Source: Malacoraja senta
Taxonomy: Eukaryota
NCBI GenBank assembly: GCA_038087875.1
Contig: JAXLNO010005563.1
Span: 1 to 64,000, forward strand
Reading direction: 5' to 3'
DNA: 64,000 nt
Both the position numbers and the translations under genes were made by a program. Of this stretch, positions 49,585-60,834 are shown piece after piece. The first letter of the stretch is position 1. Each line of letters begins with the position of its first letter. The notes under the pieces are model-generated. The model saw nothing but the letters and a program-made list of their open reading frames with translations, had not been told where the DNA came from and made no database searches.

Positions 49585-49871
49585 TGTGGCGCCAGCTAAT
49601 ACACGGGCCACTTATGGTCGAACCCTCGTCAGTAGGTACGAGGGCTGGCACGTGACGTCATGGGCTAGAGGGAGTGTCCTGCTACTTAAGGTTATCTCAC
49701 CTCGAGACCTTAGCAGTCAACAGGTAGCTGAGCCCGAGAGAACAGCCTCGCTCAGCTACAGCAGCAATGATCATATAGTTAGCGCACCAACCTAACGTGT
49801 AGAACCTGAATACACGACTGTTTGAACCTGCCTGACGTCTGGCCTTATTCACCATGTTTGGTGCCGCTACA
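49585..49871. mobile_element. Probable solo LTR related to 3292-3521
   Basis: TGTGGCG...GCCGCTACA; CACGTGACGTCA, TACTTAAG and AATACA inside; shared blocks with the first LTR; no clean TSD. Confidence 0.55.
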
Positions 49872-50620
49872 GGGGTAACTTTATCACACAAAGGGTGATG
49901 GGTGTATGGAACGAGCTGCCAGAAGAGGTAGTTGAGACTGGGACTATCCCAACATTTAAGAAACAGTTAGACAGGTACATGGATAGGACTGGTTTGGAGG
50001 GATATGGACCAAACGCAGGCAGGTGGGACTAATGTAGCTGGGACATGTTGGCTGGTCTGAGCAAGTTGGGCAGAAGGGCCTGTTTCCACACTGTATCACT
50101 CTATAATCTTTAGAAAATTAAATAGTTCATGTCCAGCATTCAGCTGAATCTGGACGACATTCAGCGTAGACTAAACAGTGGCAAGTAACATTCATACACA
50201 GAAGAATCAAAGATCAGCTCCAAAAATGGAGAATCGAACCGCATACAGATGATGTTCAATCGCATTAGCATTGCCAAGTCACACCAACATTCTGGGGTCG
50301 TCACTGGCCAGAACTCAACTAGATCAAACACAATTACTGTGGCTACAAGAGCTGGTCAGGGATTGTAGTAACCCATCTACTCATGTCCCGAAGTTTTCAA
50401 CCAGATGCAAGGCAGGAGCTTGATAGGATTCTATCCATTTGCATCAATTAATGCATCTCCAACAGCATTCCCATAGTTGAGATCATTATTCAAAGCAGCT
50501 CACCTGTTTTGCATTCCACTGAAACAAGATAGATATTCTTTCCCCACACCTCCATTGTGCTAGGACTAGCTTTTATAACTCACTTGCCGGTCAAGAAGTC
50601 AACAGGACATTATCACATGT
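49872..50620 (+). mobile_element. CR1 3' tail plus older degenerate CR1/L2-group RT remnant
   Basis: CR1 tail to ~50105, then remnants resembling LDNIQ..W.VTF..ILGV...TVATRAGQ. Confidence 0.5.
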
Positions 50621-51149
50621 ACAACGAGGCAGGTGCTCTCTCTTTAATGAGATGATCAAGGGAGCCAAGAGGCCATCTCCACTTAAAAACTGATCTCTGC
50701 AGCAATGATGCCTTTCGAAGATCACTCTAGTGCACAAGTATGTAGGTAAAGTGTGGCACCCAGGGAAGACTTTGTTCTTAAAAGCAAATAGCATGGAGGA
50801 ATAATTTGTAAGAACCAATAAACAATTGGGAAAATACCACAGCTGAGAAAGGTGGGTATAGGATCAGGAACATTCAGGAGTTAATATACAAAACCAAAGT
50901 ATCAAATACAATGGAAGCAGAGGATCATTGGGATTATTTCTACCGCAAAAACTGAAGCCAGAGGGAGATGAGCCATCTTGCTGGAAGTAATAGTCTGCTT
51001 TTTAACAAGAAAAAGGTTTTAAAAACCGGTGGGAAGAGTTGCAGTTTTTCAGTATTGCTGATTGTGGAGGCAGAACATAAGTGTGAAGCAGGTGTCCGAC
51101 AGGCTTGTCTGGAGGGGGAGGGGGAGAAAACAAAGCCTGGCAAGTGATC

Positions 51150-51745
51150 TAAAAGCATTTATTTCAAGAGAATTAGAATATAAAAACAGGGATGTAATGC
51201 TGTGGCTTTAGAAGGCACTGGTCAGACTGCATTTGGAGTATTGTGAGCAGTTTTGGGCCTAAATCTGCGGTGTGGGCTGGCTGTGCCGACATCCAGAGGT
51301 GGTTTACGTGAATGATCCCGGGTACGATTGGGTTAACGTATGAGCGTTTGACCACTCAAGACCTGTACTCACTGGAGTTTGGAAAGATGAGAGAGGACCT
51401 CATTGAAACTTACAGAATAATGATAGGCCTGGATAAGGTGGATGTGGAGAGGATGTTTCCACTAGTGAGATGGTCTCGGACCACAGGGCACAGCCTCGGA
51501 ATATAAGGACTTGCCTATAGAAAGATAAGAATGAATTTCTTCAGTCAGAGAGTGGTGAATCTGTGGAATTCATTGCCATAGGTGGCTGTGTAGGCCATGT
51601 CATTGTGTATACTTAAAGCAGAGATCGACATGTTCTTGATTAGGAAGGGTGTCAAAGGTTATGGGAGAAAGTAGGAAAATGGGGTCGAGAAGGAAAGATA
51701 GATGAGCCATGATTAAATGGCGGAGTAGACTCACTGGGGCGAATG
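51150..51745 (+). mobile_element. CR1 LINE 3' fragment
   Basis: GLTYERL..LYSLEF..DLIETYRI..FFSQRVVNLW. Confidence 0.8.
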
Positions 51746-53026
51746 GTTAAATAAACTCGGTTGACTTATGAACTTGTAAATGCATTTTAAATCGATTACT
51801 CAGGAAGGATACAAGTCACATTTACCACTCTGACGGTGACACAAAAACATCTAGGCTTTGCAAGTAAGGCAATTTGTAATGGGATTATTCGTTTAATGAA
51901 AGCAAAAGTGTTTTGCATACTTCTGGCAGGAGTATTTTGTGGTATTATCAGATGCTTGTAATCATGGGAAATATTAATGCAGTTTGTCACCCATGTTTAC
52001 ATGCAATTCTACAGTAGTTTTTAATGTCCAATGTTCCAATGACAGTCTAGGGTTGTCTACGACTTGTGTCTGAGTCCTGTCATTGGTTGGAATGACCAGT
52101 ACCTAAAACCAAGCATTCCACATCACCTCATCAGTGGAATCAATGCTACACTGCACGGTGTGCCACTTAGCAACGGAGCAGGAACAGTAACCCAGCTCTC
52201 ACCTCTAGAATTGCATGTAAACTAAATGGTAGAATTATATGGGGGATGTTGGGACAGAGACCGCTGCAGATGTTCAAAGGCAATTTTTAACAATTGCAGA
52301 ACAAGTTGGTTGAGTAGTCAGTTTAAAAAAGGAACACCGAACCTTTGGAACAGAGAAGCAAAGTATAAAAGCAAGGTATGCTACGTTTTTACAAATCTCT
52401 TCTACACAAGTGTGCTCGACTGCATTAAACAGCAAGAATGGTATCAAGATGAAAGGTTTCACTTACATGAAAAATCCAAAGAAAGTGGGATTGTCGTGCT
52501 TAGAGAAGGTTAAAAGGAGTGTTCATAGATCAGTCAGGTACATACGGTTCTTGCCAAAGGCATAAAGGTTTCCAACCAAGGGATACTGATTTACTGAAAA
52601 AGAATCAAGGCAATACTTTTGATCTATTACGTGAAATAGCCAGGCATGTGTAAAGTATGCCTGGGAATCGCGAGACAATCCATTAATAACTTTGCTTGCC
52701 AAATTATAATTCATTCTTCATTACAGAAACTAAACAAGCATATGGCAAATTTGTTGTGCCTCAGCATTCCGTCCCTCCCTCCTGAATATAAAATTATATT
52801 CTGTTCCATAAATACTTTTCTATACCTCAATTACATGATCTGCACAACATCCCTCTTCAAAGCTAAAAGCATAATCAATTCAGTTCCTCAAATATTTTTC
52901 TTGACATTCAATTAGACAATGACAGAGCAGTACACAGGCCGTCCCAGAGTAACAAATGCCCCACTTACGAGAAACCCATACATGCAGAAAAGCTCCAATA
53001 TTAAATTCAAAAGTCCGATGTACATA

Positions 53027-54632
53027 CAGTGGCTTGCAAAAGTATTCATACCCCTTGAACTTTTCCACATTTTGTCACGTTACAACCACAAACGCGAATG
53101 TATTTTATTGGGATTTTATGTGATAGACCAACACAAAGTGGTGCATAATTGTGAAGTGGAAGGAAAATGATACATGGTTTTGAAATTTTTTTACAAATAA
53201 AAAACTTAAAAGTGTGGTGTGCAAAAGTATTCAGCCCCACTGAGTCAATACTTTGTAGAACCACCTTTCGCTGCAATTACAGCTGCAAGTCTTTTGGGGT
53301 ATGTCTCTACCAGCTTTGCACATCTAGAGACTGAAATTTTTGCCCATTCTTTGCAAAATAGCTCAAGCTCAGTCAGATTGGAGGGAGAGCGCCTGTGAAC
53401 AGCAATTTTCAAGTCTTGCCAGAGATTCTCAATTGGATTTAGGTCTGGACTTTGACTGGGCCATTCTAACACATGAATATGCTTTGATCTAAACCATTCC
53501 ATTGTAGCTCTGGCTGTATGTTTAGGGTCGTTGTCCTGCTGGCAGGTGAACCTCCGCCCCAGTCTCAAGTCTTTTGCAGACTCTAACAGGTTTTCTTCCA
53601 AGATTGCCCTGTATTTGGCTCCATCCATCTTCCCATCAACTCAGACTAGCTTCCCTGTCCCTGCTGAAGAAAAGCATCCCCACAAAATGATGCTGCCACC
53701 ACCATGTTTCACAGTGGGGATGATGTGTTCAGGGTGATGTGCAGTGTTAGTTTTCTGCCACACATAGCGTTTTGCATTTAGGCCAAAAACTTCAATTTTG
53801 GTCTCATCTGACCAGAGCACCTTCCTCCACATGTTTGCTGTGTCGCCCACATGGCTTGTGGCAAACTGAAAATGGGACTTCTTATGGCTTTTTTTCAACA
53901 ATGGCTTTCTTCTTGCCACTCTTCCATAAAGGCCCGATTTGTGGAGTGCCCGACTAATAGTTGTCCTGTGGACAGATTCTCAACCTGAGCTGTGGATCTC
54001 TGCAGCTCCTCCAGAGTTACCATGGGCCTCTTGGCTGCTTCTCTGATCAATGCTCTCCTTGCCCGGCCTGTCAGTTTAGGTGGACGGCCATGTCTTGGTA
54101 GGTTTGCAGTTGTGCCATACTCTTTCCATTTTTGGTTGATGGATTGAACAGTGCTCCGTGAGATGTTCAAAGCTTGGGATATTTTTTTATAACCTTACCC
54201 TGCTTTAAACTTCTCCACAACTTTATCCATGACCTGTCTGGTGTGTTCCTTGGGCTTCATGATGCTGTTTGTTCACTAATGTTCTCTAACAAACCTCTGA
54301 GGCCTTCACAGAACAGCTGTATTTATACTGAGATTAGATTACACACAAGTGGACTCTATTTACTAATTATATGACTTCTGAAGGCAATTGGTTGCACTGG
54401 ATTTTATTTAGGGATATCAGAATAAAGGGGGCTCAATACGTTTGCACGCCACACTTTTCAGTTTTTTATTTGTAAAAATATTTGAAAACCATGTATCATT
54501 TTCCTTCCACTTCACAATTATGCGCCACTTTGTGTTGGTCTATCACATAAAATCCCAATTAAATACATTTGCGTTTGTGGTTGTAACGTGACAAAATGTG
54601 GAAAAGTTCAAGGGGTATGAATACTTTTGCAA
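53027..54632 (-). mobile_element. Tc1-family DNA transposon (DD34E, IR/DR-type ~210-bp TIRs), decayed
   Basis: TA|CAGTGGCTTGCAAAAGTATTC left end; right end lacks the terminal GCCACTG. Transposase 54260->53245 with [23 protein letters not shown] (34 residues D to E), one TAA and frameshifts. Confidence 0.93.
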
Positions 54633-55357
54633 ATACGTTCATTTCTAGGAACGTCAGAACTAGTTTCGTCTCTTTTAACAATTGTTTCTTCTTGTCAGCA
54701 TTATGTGTTTTTTAATGCCATTCATTACAAAATGGTAAACAGTGATTTTTGTCTATTTTCTGACATGTACAAGAATCAACATCTGTAGAAATGGAATCCA
54801 TTTGTTAGTCAGGGAAGGCCTGTGCTCAGATTAATTTATGCACATTTGCTCCGAATCCCTCATTAACCCTCCCACCAAAATTCCTATCTAACATGGCAGT
54901 GAAAGTACCAACTGACCCATAGCATCCTAAAAGCCTTTTGGGGAGAGCGCTCCAGGTTTCCACTGTGTTGTGTGAATCAGACGTCTTGCCAGTTTCAAGG
55001 AATCGTAAAGTTGGTGACATAGAAGATGGTGTCCGTGCCGGCTGGAAAATAGCTGCCCAAATTCCAGAACTTGATCCGTAGCCTTTCAGGCAGGCGCACT
55101 GTTCATCGTCTTCCAAAATTCCGTAGGTTGCAGAATGGTTCACACAAATTGGAAGAGAGCAAATGACACCTCACTATTTCTGGAGAGAGCGAGATAGAAA
55201 ATGAGGAGCTGCAGATCAGTTAGGCTGGCATCAGGATTAGGGAAATGCTAGACTGTGGACTTAAATTAAAGATATGGTAGCAGGAAACATAAAAACTAAA
55301 TAATTTAGCAGATGCCGCGCACATTTACAACTAGCACACCAAAGATAAAACATACAG

Positions 55358-55447
55358 CAGGGCTCGAAATTAATGATTGCCCAGTTGCCAATGGCCACCT
55401 AAAGTCCCGCCGGGCAACCTAAAAGCCGTGTCATTTTGCCCGGCTTG
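55358..55447 (+). mobile_element. Left end of a non-autonomous DNA transposon (same family as 61010-62668)
   Basis: CAGGGCTCGAAATTA...GGGCAACCTAAA..TCATTTTGCCCGGCTTG, homologous to 61010-61100. Confidence 0.7.
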
Positions 55448-55449
55448 AT

Positions 55450-57590
55450 ACTGCAGATACTGGTTTATACCGAAGATAGACACAAAAAAATTGTGTAACT
55501 CAGCGGGTCAGGCAGCATCTCTGGAGAAGAAGAATAAGTGATGTTTCGGGTCGAGACCCTTCTTCAGAAGGAGAAGGAAATACATTCAATTTTCCATTAG
55601 CCCTCCAGCTATTCATATTCCGGAGAACCAAAACTTGCACTCTGATAGCAGTAAATTTGATGCAGTATTTTTTGCAGTGTTATTATTGTGCCCATTGGCT
55701 CAAATAGGGAATCTGTGGCCGAATAATGGTGCTCGCAAGCGTTCCCTGCAGCCGATCGACACCGCAGAACTGCAGCCCGCAGATCCCGTCCCACGCACTG
55801 CACTGACGCAAGCCAGTGTGATTTTTTAATATGCAAGCGAGCTACGGTGACATTTTTGTTTGTTTCAAATGAAGAAGCGAACGGAGATAGTTAGAAATAA
55901 AATAAATAAACGGTTAGATGTAGGAAGGAACTGCAGATGCTGGTTTAAACAGAAGATAGCACAAAAAGCTGGAGTAACTCAGCAGGTCAGGCAGCATCTC
56001 TGGAAAAAGGAACTACAGATGCTGGTTTATACCAAAGATAGACACAATAAGCTGGAGAACTCAGCCAGTCAGGCAGCATTTCTGGAGAAAAGCAATAGGT
56101 GACGTTTCGGACCGAGACCCTCTTTCAGACTGAGAGTCAGGGGAAAGGGAAATTATATCTATAGATGGTGATAGAGAAATATAGAACAAATGAATGAAAG
56201 TTATACAACAAAGTAACGATGATCAAGGAAAGGTGGAGCCTGCAATGGTCCATGGTTTGAGAGAAGGAATGTGTGACCTTTCTTGTCGAGATCCTTATTC
56301 TCCAGAGATGCTATCTGTCCCACTGAGATACTCCAGCATTTTGTGTCTATCTTCAGTGTAAACCAGCATCTGCAGTTCCTTCCTACATACATGGTCCATT
56401 GTTGGCAGCGAAAATAGACACAAAATGCTGGAATAAATCAGCGGGACAAGCAGCATCTCTGAAGAGAAGGAATTGGTCCTCCATCCTATTCTCCGACTAG
56501 TTTTACTGTCCTCCTGATTAATTTTAATGTTTGCATACCTCGTTGTCACCTTCCCCTCAGCCAACAATGAACACAAAACGCTGGAGTTACTCAGCGGGAC
56601 AGGCAGCATCTTTGGAGGGTCTGAAGAAAGGTCGCGACCTGAAACGTCATTCATTCCTCTCCTATCTATCTAGGGTGGGGGTGGTGTGTAGTAAGGAACT
56701 GCGGATGCTGGTTTAAACCGAAGATAGACACCAAATGCTGGAAAACTCAGCAGGACAGGCAGTATCTCCGGAGGGAAGGAATGGGTGACGTTTCGGGTCG
56801 AGATTCTTCTTCAGACTGAGAGTCAGGGGAAAGGGAGACAGAGATATGGAATGTTAAGATGTGAGAACACAGATCAAAGGGGACTATGGTCAAGGAAGGT
56901 TTATTGTTAGTGGAGGGGAAGCTGACAACGAGGCAAACAATCAGTAAAATGTTTTAATCAGTGAAACTAATCGGAGAACTAGGAGGGGTGAGGCGGAGCG
57001 AGGGGGAATCAATGCTTACTTGAAGTTAAATAAATCAATATTCATACCGCTGAATAGATACAAAAAGCTGCAGTAACTCAGCGGGTTCGGCAGCATCTCT
57101 GGAGAAAAGGAATAGTGGACATTTCGGGTCAAGATCCTTCTTCATTCATACCACTGGGCTGTAAGGTGCCCAAGCGAAATATGATCTGCTGCTCCTCCAA
57201 TTTACCTTGGGCTTCACTCTGGCAGTGGAGAGTGGACGGAGAGAGAGGGGATGCAAGGGTTACTTGAAGGTAGATAAATCAATGTTCATACTTTAGTTTA
57301 GTATTTAGTTTAAAGATACAGCACGGAAACAGTCCCTTCGGCCCACCGAGTCCGCGCCGACAAGTGATCCCAACCAACACATACCGCTGGGTTGTAGGTT
57401 GCCCAAGCGAAATATGACGTGCTGTTTCTCCAATATACGTTGGGCTTCACTCTGACAGTGGAGGGTGGACGGCGAGATAGGGGATGCAAGGGTGAAATCT
57501 GAAGAAGGATCTCGACCCGAAACGTCACCCATTCCTTCCCTCCAGAGATGCTGCCTGTCCTGCTGAGTTACTCCAACATTGTGTGTCTAT
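55450..57590. repeat. Dense mosaic of Penelope-terminal-derived repeats in both orientations
   Basis: More than ten copies of GAGTAACTCAGCGGG.CAGGCAGCATCT..GGAG / GACGTTTCGGGTCGAGACCCTTCTTCAG variants. Confidence 0.78.
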
Positions 57591-57699
57591 GCTCGATGCG
57601 AGGGCTGCTAACGTGCAGTGAAGGGGGGAAAGCGCGCCACATGGGCGCGGGGAGGTTTGTAGGCCGGCGCTCGCCGTAGGCCGCGGTTGCCGGGGCAAC

Positions 57700-58620
57700 G
57701 GCTATAGTGCGGGGTGACAGAGGGTCGGAGTGAATGACAGGCCCCACACAGCAGCGGTGGCGGCTCCACCTCCTCCTCCACCCGCTCCCCGCCCGTCCTC
57801 ATAGCAGCCTCTGCGTGCCACTCCGCCAACGGCGATTACCGCTTTCAAAACAAACCCTCCCGCAGGCCGAGGCCGGGAGGAGGGTGGGAGGGAGGAAGGG
57901 GGAGGCCCCCCTCCGCCGTCTGAAACACCTGCACCGCTCGGCCCCTCACCTTCCTGTTGACTGTCGGAGGAGAGGAGACGGTGACGAGGAACACCAACTG
58001 CCTCCCCCTTTGGCTGCGGAACTTGGCGGTGGACAGGGACGGCCAAGGCAGCGGGGCGATGATGCCGGTGTTGTCCGAGGAGCGCTGACCTTCCTTCCTC
58101 CCCACCTCCTCTACCCCTTCCCCTCTCTCTCTTGTACGCCCCCTCCACCCCTTATCCTGGGACCCTCCTCTCCATCCCGCACTGATCCCCATTCGCGCCT
58201 GTATTAAGTCCTCCCCATCTACCCCACCCCCCCATCTATTCATCCTGCACTGATCTCCCTATCCAGCTCACATTGATTCTCCTGCCACCCCCCATCCATC
58301 GTACACTGGTCCCGCAATTCATCCTGTACTGACCCCCCTTCCCAGCCATCCTGCACTGCTCTTCCCATTCATCCTGTACTAATCCCCCATCCATCCTGCA
58401 CTGCTCTCCCGACCCATCCTGTACTGACTCTCCTCCATTTATCCTGCACCGATCCCCCCGTCCATCCTGTCGTGATCTACCCATTCATCCTGTACTGAAT
58501 TTCCCATTCATCCTGCACCGACCCCCCCCCCCATTCATCCTGTAGCGACCCCCCCCCCCCATTCATCCTGTAGTGATCCCCCCCATCCATACTGTAGTGA
58601 TCCACCCATTCATCCGGCAC
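57700..58620 (+). repeat. Second copy of the internal cargo of the 61010-62668 element
   Basis: Homologous to 61245-62300 (GC-rich block then degenerate CCCCATTCATCCTGTACTGAT repeats). Confidence 0.8.
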
Positions 58621-58621
58621 A

Positions 58622-60330
58622 TCATTCAAAGGTGTATCAAACTGCATGACCTCAGACCTTCTACAGATTGTAAACACGTCCCTTCTCTCAGGTGTCTTCT
58701 CACAGGACCTGAAAACTGCTGTTATCAAGCCTCTCTTAAAAAAGAAGAACTTAGACACTTCACTACTGAACAATTACAGACCAATATCAAACCTCCCATT
58801 TCTCAGTAAAATCATTGGAAAAGCTGTTTTTAAGCAGCTGAACAATTTCATGTTAATGAACAGCTGTTTTGATGTCTTCCAGTCAGGATTTAGACCACAT
58901 CACAGCACCGAGACGGCTCTTGTTAAGGTCTTCAATGACATTCACTTAAACACAGACAATGGCAAAATTTCAGTCTTAGTATTACTAGATCTCAGTGCTG
59001 CATTCGACACAGTCGATCACAACATATTACTAGACCGTCTGGAAAACTGGGTGGGACTTTAATGCACAGCATTAAAATGGTTTGAATCCTACTTGAAGGA
59101 CAGGGACTACTTTGTGTCTATAGGTAATTACACATCTGAGCGTGCAAAAATTACACGTGGAGTTCCGAAGGGCTACATTCTGGGGCATGTTTAACATCTA
59201 CATGCTTCCACTGGCTCAGATCATGAAAAACATCAAAATATGTTACCATAGTTACGCAGACGACACACAAATCTACATAACAATATCACCAGGAGACTAT
59301 AGTCCAATACAAGCACTGAGTAGATGCATTGAGCAAATCAACGATTGGATGAACCAGAATTTTCTCCAATTAAACAAATAAAAACCTGAAATAATTGTTT
59401 TTGGAGCCAAGGAAGAACGATTAAAAGTTAGCACCCAGCTTCAAATGGTAATGCTAAAAACAACAAACCAAGCCAGAAACTTAGTAGTCATGGACTCAGA
59501 CCTGAACTTCAACAGCCACATAAAAACAGTCACAAAGTCAGCCTACTATCACCTGAGGAATATATCAAGGATTATGGGGCTTATGTGTCAGCATGATTTG
59601 GAAAAACTTGTCCATGCATTTATCTTCAGCAGGCTCGACTACTGTAACAGTGTCTTTACAGGTCTCCCTAAAAAATCGATCAGACAGCTGCAGTTAATTC
59701 AGAACGCTGCTGCTCGAGTCCTCACTAAGAACAAAAAAGTAGATCACATTACTCCAGTTCTGAGGTCTTTACACTGGCTTCCTGTCTGTCAAAGAATTGA
59801 TTTCAAAATACTACTGTTGGTTTACAAAGCACTGAATGGTTTAGGGCCAAAATACATTTCTGATCTTCTGCTTAGCTACGAACCACCCAGACCTCTCAGA
59901 TCGTCTGGGACAGGTCTGCTCTGTGTCCCCAGAGTCAGAACTAAACATGGAGAGGCAGCATTTAGTTTTTATGCACCACATATCTGGAACAAACTCCCAG
60001 AAAACTGCAGGTCTGCTGCAACTCTCAGCTCTTTTAAATCTAGACTGAAGACTTTTCTGTTTGCCGCTGCCTTTCAGAAAACAATACCATTTATTAATTA
60101 CCTATACTGCACTGTAACTTCTATTCCTGGTTTTATTCTATTTTAAATATTTTATTTGATTGCTTTTAATTTTGTAATTATTTTATCTGAATAATCGAAT
60201 AATCATTTTATATCTAAATGTCATTTTTATATGTCTTTCTTTCAAATGCTTTAAATGTTTTATGTAAAGCACTTTGAATTACCTTGTGGTTGAAAGGTGC
60301 TATACAAATAAACTTGCCTTGCCTTGTCTT
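58622..60330 (+). mobile_element. L2-clade LINE, 5'-truncated
   Basis: [62 protein letters not shown]; tail TGTAAAGCACTTTG..AATAAA(CTTGC)n. Confidence 0.92.
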
Positions 60331-60834
60331 ACTCCAGCTCCAGCGAGTGATTCTGCGTTGGTTTTCAGCGGTCACGGCGAGTGGACAGCAATGGCGGCCA
60401 GATCTCCCACCATGCAATGGGAGGGAGAAAGTGACCGACGCTGACCAGTTGCAGTGGCAGTGAGCTTGTGCAGGGCGGCACATGCGCACAACCACGGCCG
60501 ATGATGCGCTGGCCAAAGATCCTCGCTATAGGATCTTTGGTGCTGGTCGTGGTTGTGCGCATGTGTAAGGCGGCCGGCCGTGCTGGCGGATGAGGGGCGG
60601 GCGGCGACCAGAGACATGGACACGGGTGGCAGACGGAGATGGAGAGAGAAAGATAGAGAGGAGCCGGCTCAGAATTAAACGAGAGGTGTCCCTGGTGCTT
60701 CGCTCCATAGCTGCTGCCTCACCCGCTGAGTTTCTCCAGCATTTGTGTCTACCACCTATTACATTCAATCGTTAGTTAACTTCAGAGTGGTGGCGTTCGT
60801 GCGTGCGCACGTGGAGGGCGTGTGTGTGTGCGGG

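Noticed and set aside
52935-53020. Tigger/pogo-like terminal sequence (CAGGCCGTCCCAGAGTAAC..CTTACGA)
   Set aside because: Too short and degenerate, and no partner end was found.
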